In this document: positions 17,309 through 26,572 of the stretch, in pieces | How positions within the stretch are numbered: position 1 is the stretch's first letter | How the letters are laid out: each line of letters starts with the position of its first letter | NCBI GenBank assembly: GCA_036263295.1 | Contig: DATAHG010000604.1 | Coordinates: 1-37,940, forward strand | Length of the DNA stretch: 37,940 bases | Reading direction: 5' to 3' | From: Thermoanaerobaculia bacterium | Lineage (GTDB): Bacteria; Acidobacteriota; Thermoanaerobaculia; Multivoradales; UBA5704 | The notes under the pieces: model-generated | The model's database searches: none | What the model saw: the letters and a program-made list of their open reading frames with translations, nothing else | What the model was told of the DNA's origin: nothing | Program-made: the position numbers and the translations under genes

Positions 17309-18028
17309 TCACCGGCGATAGAGAATGAACGAGTTGCAGAAGGTGGCATAGACGCGGTACTGCACCGCTCCCCACTCGGGGCGGGCTTCGAGGAATTCGG
17401 CGAAGGCGCGTGCCTCCCCCTTGCCCGGGTGTCCTTTGTAGTGGAACCAGTCGTCGAACAACAGCAGGGCGCCGTCCTGGAGCGCCGGGGCGATCCCCGC
17501 CAGCACGGTCCGGGTCGATTCGTAGAGGTCGCAGTCGATGTGTGCCAGGGCGATCCGCGGGTACTTGCCCGGCACGGTCCGCGGCAGAGTTTGCTCGAAG
17601 GGGCCGTCCTCGATCTCCGGTCGTGGCAGTCCGCACGCGACGAAGAGGTCGAGGGTGGACTGCGGGGTGACCGGGGCGCCGATCGGCAGGAGCGGATGCC
17701 AGGAGTGGTTCGTGGCGCAGTCGCCGGGCTGCCAGCGGGCGTGCTCCTCGGCCGAGGGGGGGAGACCGGCGAAGGAGTCGAAGCCGGCGATCCGACGCTC
17801 CATCCCCTTGGGATCGAAGCTGAAGGCGCGGGCGAGCAGGGCGAGGCTGCTCCCGGCGAACACCCCGAATTCCACCACGTCTCCCGGCACCCCCTCGAAG
17901 TTGAGGTACTCGGCGGCGTTCACGAAGGTGTCCAGGCGCGGCCGGTGCTGGTGGGCGAGTTGATCCATGACGCTGCGCCGCGGCGCTCCAGAGACCAGCC
18001 GCCGCACTCGCCCGAGCAGGTCAGGCAT
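17309..18028 (-). CDS. TylF/MycF-type (macrocin O-methyltransferase family) SAM-dependent O-methyltransferase
   Basis: GDVVEFGVFAGSS, GFDSFAGLP and AHIDCDLYEST motifs. Start ATG 18028 lies just after the wzt stop at 18021-18023. An alternative ATG at 18049 would overlap wzt. Confidence 0.8.
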   Translation of the reverse strand: MPDLLGRVRRLVSGAPRRSVMDQLAHQHRPRLDTFVNAAEYLNFEGVPGDVVEFGVFAGSSLALLARAFSFDPKGMERRIAGFDSFAGLPPSAEEHARWQPGDCATNHSWHPLLPIGAPVTPQSTLDLFVACGLPRPEIEDGPFEQTLPRTVPGKYPRIALAHIDCDLYESTRTVLAGIAPALQDGALLLFDDWFHYKGHPGKGEARAFAEFLEARPEWGAVQYRVYATFCNSFILYRR

Positions 18029-19256
18029 GGCTCTCGACCTCCCAGGCACAGGGGATGTGGACCAGCCCCTTGCGCGCTGCCGACTCGGCGTAGAGCGGCG
18101 ACGGGCCGGGATCGACCGACAGGGTCAGGGCGGGCTCCTGCAGATCGAGGATCTCGGCCTGGTTCCAGAGGCAGACCGCGAGGTGGAAGTCCCCCGCCAT
18201 CAGCACGTCGCCAGGGATCGCCACCCGCGCCGTGTACTCGCCCGCCTCGACCGGCGCGGTGAGCCCGGCGTCGCGCGACTCGCTGGTGAAGACCGCCACC
18301 CCTTCGAGCGTGAGCAGGCCGATCCCCACCCGCAGGCCGGGCGCAGGCTGGGGCACGGTGTAGTCGAGGTGCACCTGGAAGGGCTCGGTGCTGAGCGCCC
18401 GCGTTACCGGGGCGCCTTGCGGATCCTTGAGCTCGGCCCGCAGGAGCTGCGGCTTGCCGGTGCGGACCGTCGCCGAATAGCCCGGGCGGTCCTCGCCGGC
18501 CAGGTAACGCGACACCACCTCGCGGGTCTCGCCGGCCGCGACCAGGCGGCCCGCGCGCAGCAGGATGGCGGTGCCGCAGAGGCGCTGCACCGCCCCCATG
18601 TTGTGGCTGACGAAGAGGATCGTCCGCCCCTCGCGCTCCGCGATGTCTCCCATCTTGCCGAGGCACTTCTTCTGGAACTCGGCGTCGCCCACCGCCAGCA
18701 CCTCGTCTACCACCAGGATCTCGGGTTCCAGGTGGGCCGCCACGGCGAAGGCGAGGCGCACGTACATGCCGCTGGAGTAGCGCTTGACCGGGGTGTCGAG
18801 GAAGCGTTCGACCTCGGAGAAGGCGACGATCTCGTCGAGCTTGCGGTCGATCTCCCGCTTGCGCATTCCAAGGATGGTGCCGTTCAGGTAGATGTTCTCG
18901 CGCCCGGTGAGCTCGGGGTGAAAGCCGGTCCCCACCTCCAGCAGGCTCGCCACCCGGCCGTGGAGCTCGACCCGGCCGCGGGTGGGCTCGGTGATGCGCG
19001 AGAGGATCTTGAGCAGGGTGCTCTTGCCGGCGCCGTTCTTGCCGATGACGCCGAGCACCTGGCCCGGGCTCAGGTCGAAGGAGACCCCGTCCAGCGCCCA
19101 GAACTCCCGCTCGTCCTCCCGGGACGCGGCGCGCCGGAACGGCGCCCGCAGCCGCTCGGTCAGCGCTTCGCGCAGGTTGTTCGAAAGGCGCGCCGGTCCC
19201 CCCACGCGGTAGCGCTTCGACAGCTCGGTCACTCGGAGCATGGCCTCAGACGACAT
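18021..19256 (-). CDS. wzt: glycan-export ABC transporter ATP-binding protein (Wzt-type) with C-terminal extension
   Basis: Walker A GKNGAGKST, signature YSSGMYVRL, Walker B ILVVDEVL and H-loop SHNM. An extra C-terminal domain of about 155 aa (18021-18494) is predicted beta-rich. Alternative ATG at 19241. Confidence 0.9.
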   Translation of the reverse strand: MSSEAMLRVTELSKRYRVGGPARLSNNLREALTERLRAPFRRAASREDEREFWALDGVSFDLSPGQVLGVIGKNGAGKSTLLKILSRITEPTRGRVELHGRVASLLEVGTGFHPELTGRENIYLNGTILGMRKREIDRKLDEIVAFSEVERFLDTPVKRYSSGMYVRLAFAVAAHLEPEILVVDEVLAVGDAEFQKKCLGKMGDIAEREGRTILFVSHNMGAVQRLCGTAILLRAGRLVAAGETREVVSRYLAGEDRPGYSATVRTGKPQLLRAELKDPQGAPVTRALSTEPFQVHLDYTVPQPAPGLRVGIGLLTLEGVAVFTSESRDAGLTAPVEAGEYTARVAIPGDVLMAGDFHLAVCLWNQAEILDLQEPALTLSVDPGPSPLYAESAARKGLVHIPCAWEVESHA

Positions 19257-20112
19257 CGGCGAAGATCTTCTCCATACGGCGGAAGCGCCAGACCCCGATC
19301 GCCACCAGGACCAGGCCGACGGCGGCCGAGACCGCGAGCGAGCCGAGGTCGATCGGCCGGCCGAGCGGGGCGGCGCGGTAGGCCTCGATGAGGCCGGTCA
19401 TGGGATTGAGGTCGAGCAGGAAGCGCCAGCGCTCCGGCAGCGTGTCTACGGGATAGACCACCGGCGTCGCGAACATCCAGAGCTGCATCAGGAAGGGGAT
19501 GGCGTGCTGGACGTCGCGATACTGGACGTTGAGCGCCGCGAGCCCCATGCCGATGCCGGTCGCGAGGAAAGCGGTCGCCAAGGTGAGCGGCACCAGCCAG
19601 AGCACCGAGACGGAGAGCGGGATCCGGTACCAGGCCATCAGCCCGAGAAGCACGACGAAGGCGATGGCGAAATCCACCAGCGCCGAAAGGGTGGCGGAGA
19701 GCGGGATCAGCAGGCGCGGGAAGTAGACCTTGGAGAGCAGGTTGGCGTTGCCGACCAGGCTCGCGCTGCTGCGGGTCATGGCGTTGGCGAAGTAGGTCCA
19801 GGGCAGCAGCCCGAGGTAGGAGAACACCGGGTAGGGCAGCCCGTCGCCGTTCACCCCGGCCAGCCGGCCGAGGAAGAGGCTGAACACCACCATGCTGAGC
19901 AGCGGCTGGAGCACCGCCCAGGCGAGCCCCAGGAGGGTCTGCTTGTAGCGGATCGAGATCTCCCGCCGGGTGAGGAAGTAGAGCAGGTCGCGGTAGTGCC
20001 AAAGCTCGGCGAGGTCGATCTTCGGCGGGCCGTCGGACGCCTCGAGCACCAGCCGATACGGCGTGGCCGGGGCCTTGGCGGAATCGTGGGACAGGGGCTG
20101 GGTGGACGGCAT
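19246..20112 (-). CDS. wzm: ABC-2 type glycan-export permease (Wzm-type)
   Basis: 288 aa. LWHYRDLLYFLTRREISIRYKQTLLGLAWAVLQPLL is the canonical ABC-2/Wzm N-terminal motif, followed by 6 hydrophobic helices. Confidence 0.9.
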   Translation of the reverse strand: MPSTQPLSHDSAKAPATPYRLVLEASDGPPKIDLAELWHYRDLLYFLTRREISIRYKQTLLGLAWAVLQPLLSMVVFSLFLGRLAGVNGDGLPYPVFSYLGLLPWTYFANAMTRSSASLVGNANLLSKVYFPRLLIPLSATLSALVDFAIAFVVLLGLMAWYRIPLSVSVLWLVPLTLATAFLATGIGMGLAALNVQYRDVQHAIPFLMQLWMFATPVVYPVDTLPERWRFLLDLNPMTGLIEAYRAAPLGRPIDLGSLAVSAAVGLVLVAIGVWRFRRMEKIFADVV

Positions 20113-20124
20113 CGAGGCGCGATC

Positions 20125-21933
20125 TTACCGGGAAGCCGCGGGCAGAGGCGGAGCGTCGCAGGCTGCTCGGGCGGCCCGCAGATGCTCTGGCAGGCCCTGG
20201 TGATAGGACTCGTAGACGTAAAGGGCGGCGACGACCTGGGTGGCGGTGTCGTTGTGCTCGAACCAACCGGCGACGGCGCGCTCCAGATCCGCCCGGCCGA
20301 ACACCTCGCCGGCGACCGACCCCGGACGCCGGATCACCGCCTCGATGCGGCGGCGGATCTCCGGCGCCTTCCACACCGTCTCGTCATCGCTATAGGCGCG
20401 CAGGCGCGGCCGGGCTGGCAGGCCGAGGCGGGCGAGGCGGGGCTGAGCCTGGCGCCAGGCGTAACGGCGCGCCCGCTCGGTCTGGAGGCGCCAGGGCGGA
20501 GAGAGGACCGGCACCCCCGTTTTCTGGTTGGGGATGGTGGCGAAGAGCTGCGGGTAGCGGGCGCGCAGCCAGCGCTCATAGAGGGCGAGCGCACCGCGGG
20601 CCCGTCCGGGTAGGCCCTGGAAGAAGTCGAAGAAAGCATAGTCGGTGAACGGCTTGCGCACCCGGAACCAGGGGCGCCACGCCGCCGTCCAGCGGTTGGT
20701 CGCTTGCGGCAGCTTGTGCTCGAAAAGGGCGAAGCGGGCCGGCGCGCCGTTCAATCCGCCCACCATCGCCTCGGCCCGTACCCGCGCCGCCTCCCAGGAC
20801 AGGCCGAGCCGGCCGCCGTAGTAGGGGAGGCGCACCAGCACACCGTCGGAGTCCGTGACGTCGTTGAACGTCGGGCCGGCCACGGCGTCGCCGATGTAGC
20901 CGGAGAGGTGGAGGTCGAGGAGGGAGGCCTGAAGCGGAAGGGTCTCCAGATGCATCAGATCGACCAGATCGATCAGCCCATCGGTCGCCTGGACGTAGCC
21001 GGTGCGGCGCTCCAGCCAGTCGGGGTCGCGCCCGCTGTAGAGCGGATGGAAGACCCAGGTGACGCCCGCGGTCTCGGCGGCGCGGCGGGCATAGATGGCG
21101 TCGTCGCAGCCCGGCAGGCCGTAGGTGAGGGCCGTCCAGCGCGGTGCAGGGGAAGCCGGCTCTCGCGGCAGGACCGCCTCGGCGAGGATGGCCCGGCTGT
21201 CGAGCCCGCCCGAGAGGGTCTGCCCGGGCCGGGAGGAACCTTCCAGCCGGCGACGTATGGCCCGCCCCCACAGCTCGTGAGCCTGCTCGATCCACTCCGC
21301 CACCGGACGATCTGGCTGTTCCGGGATGTCGGACCAGGACCAGGAACGGCGGAAGACCGGTCCTTCACCTGCCCGCACGGTCACGACCGTAGCGCCTGCC
21401 ACCATCTTCACCGCGGCGGCGTTGGTGCGGTCTCCGAGGCGGTATCCGCCGAAGGTGACCGCCTCGCGGATCGACTCCAGATCGGGATCGGCGGAGATCC
21501 CGGGCGCCACCAGCACCCCGCGCACGCCGCCGGCGAAGGCGAAGCCTGCGGCCGCCCGGCCCCAATAGAGGGGGAGTCCGCCGAAGCGGTCGTTGAGCAG
21601 GGTGAGCACGCTCTCGGCGCGATCCCACAAGACGATTTGGTATTCGCCGTCCATCTCGCGGACGGCGTCGAGCCCGTGGCGCAGGAGTGCTGCGAGCAGC
21701 GCCTCGCGGAACGCCGCCGTGCGCGAGCGAACGGCGGTGACCCCTTCCAGGATCCGGCCGCCGTCGAAGGCCTCGCCGGCCATCCAGAGGTGCCAGCGGC
21801 CGTCGGGCGTGACGGCGGGCGCATAGACCCGCTCCACCGGCTCGCCCGGCAGCTCCAACAGCCCGACCGTCAGGGCGCCGGTCCGCCAGAACGCCCAGGC
21901 CTGGCCGGAGTGGACGCGCAACGCCGCCCTCAT
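20125..21933 (-). CDS. asparagine synthase-family amidotransferase/ligase lacking the N-terminal Cys nucleophile
   Basis: Start ATG at 21933 (MRAALRVHSG...). LNDRFGGLPLYW (AsnB-type motif) and PP-loop LSGGLDSR are present. There is no MCG N-terminus. The ORF-track extension to 23706 overlaps the well-supported dual GT. Confidence 0.75.
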   Translation of the reverse strand: MRAALRVHSGQAWAFWRTGALTVGLLELPGEPVERVYAPAVTPDGRWHLWMAGEAFDGGRILEGVTAVRSRTAAFREALLAALLRHGLDAVREMDGEYQIVLWDRAESVLTLLNDRFGGLPLYWGRAAAGFAFAGGVRGVLVAPGISADPDLESIREAVTFGGYRLGDRTNAAAVKMVAGATVVTVRAGEGPVFRRSWSWSDIPEQPDRPVAEWIEQAHELWGRAIRRRLEGSSRPGQTLSGGLDSRAILAEAVLPREPASPAPRWTALTYGLPGCDDAIYARRAAETAGVTWVFHPLYSGRDPDWLERRTGYVQATDGLIDLVDLMHLETLPLQASLLDLHLSGYIGDAVAGPTFNDVTDSDGVLVRLPYYGGRLGLSWEAARVRAEAMVGGLNGAPARFALFEHKLPQATNRWTAAWRPWFRVRKPFTDYAFFDFFQGLPGRARGALALYERWLRARYPQLFATIPNQKTGVPVLSPPWRLQTERARRYAWRQAQPRLARLGLPARPRLRAYSDDETVWKAPEIRRRIEAVIRRPGSVAGEVFGRADLERAVAGWFEHNDTATQVVAALYVYESYHQGLPEHLRAARAACDAPPLPAASR

Positions 21934-22013
21934 GGCCGCGATGACCTCCTGTCCTTCCTGACTTGGCTGCCCGGCCGTGGGACCGCCGGACTGCAGCCAG
22001 CCGCAGAGCAGGG

Positions 22014-24494
22014 TCAAGCCGGCGGCCTCCCGGCCGAAGCCGGAGTGACATGGCTGTCGTCCAGATCGTCCGCGGCCGCGTGCCGGTGCCGGGGTTCTGG
22101 CCGCCGGGGCTCGAAGCAGCGCCACCAGGCGGCGTCGAACTCCTCGCGGCCGAAGAGCGCCAGCGACTCCCGAGCCGCCTGCCCGGCGGCGGCCCGGCGC
22201 TCCGGGTCGGCGAGGAACCAGGCGAGCCCTTCGACGAGCGCTTCGACGGTGACGGCGTCGCAGATCCAGCCGTCGACGCCATGCCGGATCAACTCGGGCA
22301 GTGCGCCGGTACGGAAGACCACTGACGGGATGCCGGCCTGCTTGGCCTCGAGGTTGACCACGCCGAACGCTTCGCGGATCTCGGGCAGGGAGGGGCAGCA
22401 GTGGACGGCCGCCGTCGCCATCAGCGCCGGCACGTCGTCGCGCCAGCCGAGGAAGCGCACGCGGCCGGCGAGGTCCGGCCGCCCGGCGCGGGCGACCAGG
22501 CCGGCGCGGTAGCCCGCGAAGTCCGCGGACTCCCAGCCGTCGATCTGGCCGATCACGTCGAGGCGGACGTCCAGCCCGCGCGCCGCCAGGAGGGCCACCG
22601 CCTCCAGGAGCAGATCGATCCCCTTGGGCGGGATGATCTGGCCGGCGTAGACCACCTTCCCTGGGTCGCGCTGGCTGGCGGCGGCCGGCCGGTCGCGCAG
22701 CGGCACGGTGTTGTAGACACGCTCGACGCGGGACGCCGGGATGCCGTGGGCGAGGATCTCGTCGCGGGTGTAGTCGGAGTTGGCGACGAAGAGGTCGACG
22801 AACGGCGCCACGCCCCATCGCCAGACCTTGCGGTAGGTGTGCCCCGGCGTGGGCGCCATGCCGACGCGCAGGACCACCGGCACGCCGCGCAGCCGTAGCC
22901 AGAAGAGCGCCGGGGCATTGCGGATCACGCCCAGGAAGTCCGACATCAGCACGTGGGTGGGACGGAAGCGGCGGGCGTCGCGCAGCAGCGCCCGGCTGGT
23001 GCGCAGGATGTCGGCCACCATGAGCAGGACCTTGCGCGGATGGCGGGCGTGGCGGTCGAGGGTCTCCCAATAGGGGCCGGTCGTCCAACTCGCGCCGATC
23101 GCCTCGGCGAGGGGGACGATCCGGTGGTTCTCCCAGACGTTGAACACGCAGTGGACCGCGGCGCCGCGCTGGCGCAGGCTGCGCAGGACCTCGAACGTCA
23201 TGCGTTCGAGGCCGGAGACCGTCACCATGCCGCCGCAGCCGGCGAGGACGCGCACCGCCCCCGCCGGGCCGGCCGCATTGGCCGGCGCCAGGGGCGCGGC
23301 ACGGCGCGCGCCGGCGGCGTGGCGGCAGGCCGCCAGCAGTCCGGCGGTGGCGGCGGCGAAGGAGTGCGCGGCGGCACGCTCCCGGCAGGCCGGGGCCAGG
23401 TTCCTCTCCGCGGTGGCGGCGCGCATCCGCTGAATGGCTCGGGCGAGGGCCTCCCGGTCGCCGCTTGGGAACACCTCGCCGGTCTCGCCGGGAACGATCA
23501 GGTCGGGGGCGCAACCCACCTTGTCCGCAACCACGCAGGGTAGCCCGCTGGCGAGCGCTTCGTTGACCACCAGGCCCCAGGTCTCGCCCTTGCCGCTCGG
23601 CAGGGTGAGGCAATCGGCTACGGCGTAGGCTCGCGCCATCTCGGTCTGATTGAGAAACCCCGCCCAGGCCACGAAGACGCCGAGGGCCGCGGCGGCCTGC
23701 CGGCACTCGGCTTCCAGCTCGCCCCCGCCCACCACCAGGAGTTGGACACCGGGGCCGAGGCGTGCCAGCCCGTGCAGCAGGTCGAGAGGCCGCTTCTTGG
23801 GCTCCAGCTTGCCGGCGAACAGCACGGTGAAGGCGTCCGGAGCGAGGCCGAGCGCGGCGCGCCCCGTGCGCCGCGCGTCCGGGGTCTGGAATGGCGCCGC
23901 CTGGCGGGCGAACAGCTCATTGTCCACGCAGTGCGGCGAGGCGAAAACCCGCGCCCGCGGGATCCCGAAGGAGAGCAGGTACTCGCGCGAGCGGATGCCG
24001 GTCGCGAGGAAACCGTCGTAGGCGCGCAGGCGCAGCCAGGTGCGGGCGCGCCAGGCCGCCCACGGCAAGCCGGACGGCGCCGAAGCGAGGTTCGAATCGC
24101 CGCGGTAGAGGACCGGCACGCCGGCTCGCCGGCAGGCGTGCAGGGCCCGCCGCAATGTCACGGAATACCAGCCGGGGATCAGCGCAACGTCCGGGCGGGT
24201 GGCGAGCACCGCCTCACCGATCCCGGGCACGTCCACCCCCCGGAACGAGCTGCTGCGCAAGTCGTCCTCCGGGCGGGAGGGGCGCACCACCTGACAGCGG
24301 TAGCCTTCGGTGAGCGGCACGTCCCAGGTGAAGGCGCGGCCGAACCCGACCCCCTGCTGCTCAGGGGTGGGCTCAGTGGCGTAGATCACGGTCAGATCGA
24401 GCTCCGGGCACTCGGCGGCGATCTGGCGGAACCAGGGCGCGTAGTACTGCACCGGGTGGACCAGCACGGCGGTCAGTCGCAGGGGCGCGCTCAT
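22014..24494 (-). CDS. bifunctional glycosyltransferase: two fused GT-B (GT4-like) modules
   Basis: 826 aa. Module 1 is aa 1-392 (FAGKLEPKKRPLDLL ... GETWGLVVNEALASGLPCVV). An Ala/Pro linker spans aa 393-412 (about 23259-23318). Module 2 is aa 413-826 (YAGQIIPPKGIDLLL ... EAFGVVNLEAKQAGIPSVV). ATG 24494 forms an ATGA overlap with the upstream stop. Confidence 0.85.
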   Translation of the reverse strand: MSAPLRLTAVLVHPVQYYAPWFRQIAAECPELDLTVIYATEPTPEQQGVGFGRAFTWDVPLTEGYRCQVVRPSRPEDDLRSSSFRGVDVPGIGEAVLATRPDVALIPGWYSVTLRRALHACRRAGVPVLYRGDSNLASAPSGLPWAAWRARTWLRLRAYDGFLATGIRSREYLLSFGIPRARVFASPHCVDNELFARQAAPFQTPDARRTGRAALGLAPDAFTVLFAGKLEPKKRPLDLLHGLARLGPGVQLLVVGGGELEAECRQAAAALGVFVAWAGFLNQTEMARAYAVADCLTLPSGKGETWGLVVNEALASGLPCVVADKVGCAPDLIVPGETGEVFPSGDREALARAIQRMRAATAERNLAPACRERAAAHSFAAATAGLLAACRHAAGARRAAPLAPANAAGPAGAVRVLAGCGGMVTVSGLERMTFEVLRSLRQRGAAVHCVFNVWENHRIVPLAEAIGASWTTGPYWETLDRHARHPRKVLLMVADILRTSRALLRDARRFRPTHVLMSDFLGVIRNAPALFWLRLRGVPVVLRVGMAPTPGHTYRKVWRWGVAPFVDLFVANSDYTRDEILAHGIPASRVERVYNTVPLRDRPAAASQRDPGKVVYAGQIIPPKGIDLLLEAVALLAARGLDVRLDVIGQIDGWESADFAGYRAGLVARAGRPDLAGRVRFLGWRDDVPALMATAAVHCCPSLPEIREAFGVVNLEAKQAGIPSVVFRTGALPELIRHGVDGWICDAVTVEALVEGLAWFLADPERRAAAGQAARESLALFGREEFDAAWWRCFEPRRPEPRHRHAAADDLDDSHVTPASAGRPPA

Positions 24495-25819
24495 GCCGCC
24501 GCCCTCCGGCCGGCCATCGGACCGGCCACCTGATCCAGCAGGCGGGCGAGGCGCCCGGCCATGGCGTCCGCCGAGAGCTCGGCCAGAGCCGCCGAGTCCA
24601 GCCCGGTGGGCTCCGCCGCCCTCTTTTCGAGCAGGGCGGCGAGGGCCTCATATACCGCCTCCACCCGGTCGCCGGCGCGCGCGGTCTCGCCGTAGGTCAC
24701 GCAGCGGGCGGTGGGCGCCGCCCGCCGGAGCATCTCCACCACCGTGCTCTGCTCGTGGTAGAGGGCGAGGAGAGGGCGGCGGCTGAGCAGGGCCGGGAAC
24801 AGCTTGCTCGCCGTGTAGTGAGGCTCGCTGCTGCCGAGCAGCAGCAGGGCGCTCGCCTGGGTCTGGACCCGCACCGCGTCCAGATAGCCGATGCGCGGCG
24901 CCACCTCGGTCACGCGGTCGGCCACCCCCAGCTCCCGGGCCACCGGGAGGGCGCGCTCCGGCGCCCCGGCGGTGGTCTGGTTGCTGGTGCCGAAAAAACG
25001 CAGCGACAGGCGTTCGTAGAGGGCGGGGCGGCGTTCCCGCAGGAGGGCGACGGCGGCGAAGAAACCGCGCAGGGTCTCGAATCCCAGCGGCAGCAGGGTG
25101 CCGACGTAGCAGAGGTGGAAAAGGCCGTCGTCCGGGTCGAAGAACCCGTTGGGCCGCGGCCGTTCGCGCACCTGCTCGAAGTCCGCCGGCTCGGCACCGA
25201 GGGGGATCTCGGCGCAAGGCACGCCGGAGAGGCCGTAGCGCGCCTGGACGGCGGCGCAGGTCGCGGCCGAGACCGCGGTCAACGCGTCGGCCGCCGCGGC
25301 GGCGCGAGGTTCCAGGCGCAGGGCGAGGGCCCGGCTGGCCCGGCTCTTCCAGTCCACGGCGCCGCCCGGCCCGCCGCCCACGCTCTCCCCCCAGGAGCCC
25401 ACCCAGGGATCCTGGTAGTCGAGGACGAAGGGCACGCCGAAGCGCCGCCGCAGGCGGGGGCCCAGGAGGGCCGGGTAGGTCGGATAGATCGTGATCACCA
25501 GGGCGTCAAACCGCTCGGCCGACAGCAGCCGCACGGCGGTCTGGGCGAGAGAGGGTAGCGCTCGCAGGCCCAGATCGCCGATCCCCAGAAAGCGGGTCCA
25601 GCGGGCTGACAGTGCCCGGCAGCGTAGCACCCGCAGGCCCTCCGGCACCAGGGCCGCGAGCTCCGGGTCGAGCCGCCCCTCGTAATCGCGCGGGTCTACC
25701 GTGAGCACCGTGGGCTCCCAACCGTGGGCGGGCAGGTGCGGGGCGAGCAGCCGCGCCCGGTGCGTCCCGGCGCTGGTGTCGGGCGGGAAATGCGGGGAGA
25801 TCAGCAGGAGGCGGCGCAT
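24491..25819 (-). CDS. glycosyltransferase, GT-B fold (GT4-like)
   Basis: MRRLLLISPHFPPDTSAGTHRARLLAPHLPAHGWEPTVL is a typical GT4 N-terminal domain. 442 aa. Confidence 0.75.
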   Translation of the reverse strand: MRRLLLISPHFPPDTSAGTHRARLLAPHLPAHGWEPTVLTVDPRDYEGRLDPELAALVPEGLRVLRCRALSARWTRFLGIGDLGLRALPSLAQTAVRLLSAERFDALVITIYPTYPALLGPRLRRRFGVPFVLDYQDPWVGSWGESVGGGPGGAVDWKSRASRALALRLEPRAAAAADALTAVSAATCAAVQARYGLSGVPCAEIPLGAEPADFEQVRERPRPNGFFDPDDGLFHLCYVGTLLPLGFETLRGFFAAVALLRERRPALYERLSLRFFGTSNQTTAGAPERALPVARELGVADRVTEVAPRIGYLDAVRVQTQASALLLLGSSEPHYTASKLFPALLSRRPLLALYHEQSTVVEMLRRAAPTARCVTYGETARAGDRVEAVYEALAALLEKRAAEPTGLDSAALAELSADAMAGRLARLLDQVAGPMAGRRAAA

Positions 25820-25822
25820 GCG

Positions 25823-26572
25823 CTAGGGCTCCCGCACCGCGTCGACGTAGAGGGAGTAGGGGGCGTGGACCGCGGCGTCGACCGGGTTGGCGGCGTCGCC
25901 GGCGAGGCGAGGGTCGAGCGACCGGCGGTAGGCGGCCTGCTCGACGCGGCGGAAGCCGGCGGCACGCAGACGGTGCGCGAGCGTCTCGAAATCGTATCCC
26001 CAGCGGTGCTCGTGCCACTGGTGGAAGGCGTGGTTGACCACATCCATCCGCGTCGGCAGATCGGCGGGAAACGGCTCGGGGACCGCGAGCTCTCGGAAGC
26101 CGGCGAGGTCGCCGGCGACCGACCGGCAGTAGGCGGCGAGAAAGCGGCCGGCATCCGGCACGACGATCCGCAGCACGGCGCCGGGTACCAGCACGCGCCG
26201 GCACTCCGCCAGAAATGCCGGCACCTCCTCACGCGTCTCCAGATGCTCGAAGAACTGCTCGGCGCGCAGGCCCGCCACGGCGTCATGGGCAAAGGGCAGC
26301 TTCCGGCGGCAATCCCAGCGCACCACTTCCGGATGGGCGGCATAGAGATCGAGGTTGACGAAGCCGGGCAGGGCGAGCGGCCCGCAGGCGACGTTGACGA
26401 GCAGCCCGCGCTCCCGCCGCAGCCGAGCCAGGCGCCGCCGCCGGGTGGGGAGCAGGCGGTTGGCGGCGCCCGTGCTCCAGGCGTCGAGCTCCACCCGGAT
26501 CTGGTCGAACAGAAAGCGGGTGACCGGCAGGCGCGGGATGAGCCAGGCTCCGAGGCGCTGCTTGAGCGTCAC
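25823..26572 (-). CDS. class I SAM-dependent methyltransferase (Methyltransf_11/23-like)
   Basis: GTG start at 26572 inferred from the GTGA overlap with the upstream stop. Motifs: VNVACGP...VNLD, EQFFEHL, VLVPGAVLRIVVPD, HRWGYDFETLAHRLRAAGF. Paralogous in layout to the gene at 33738-34448. Confidence 0.75.
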   Translation of the reverse strand: MTLKQRLGAWLIPRLPVTRFLFDQIRVELDAWSTGAANRLLPTRRRRLARLRRERGLLVNVACGPLALPGFVNLDLYAAHPEVVRWDCRRKLPFAHDAVAGLRAEQFFEHLETREEVPAFLAECRRVLVPGAVLRIVVPDAGRFLAAYCRSVAGDLAGFRELAVPEPFPADLPTRMDVVNHAFHQWHEHRWGYDFETLAHRLRAAGFRRVEQAAYRRSLDPRLAGDAANPVDAAVHAPYSLYVDAVREP

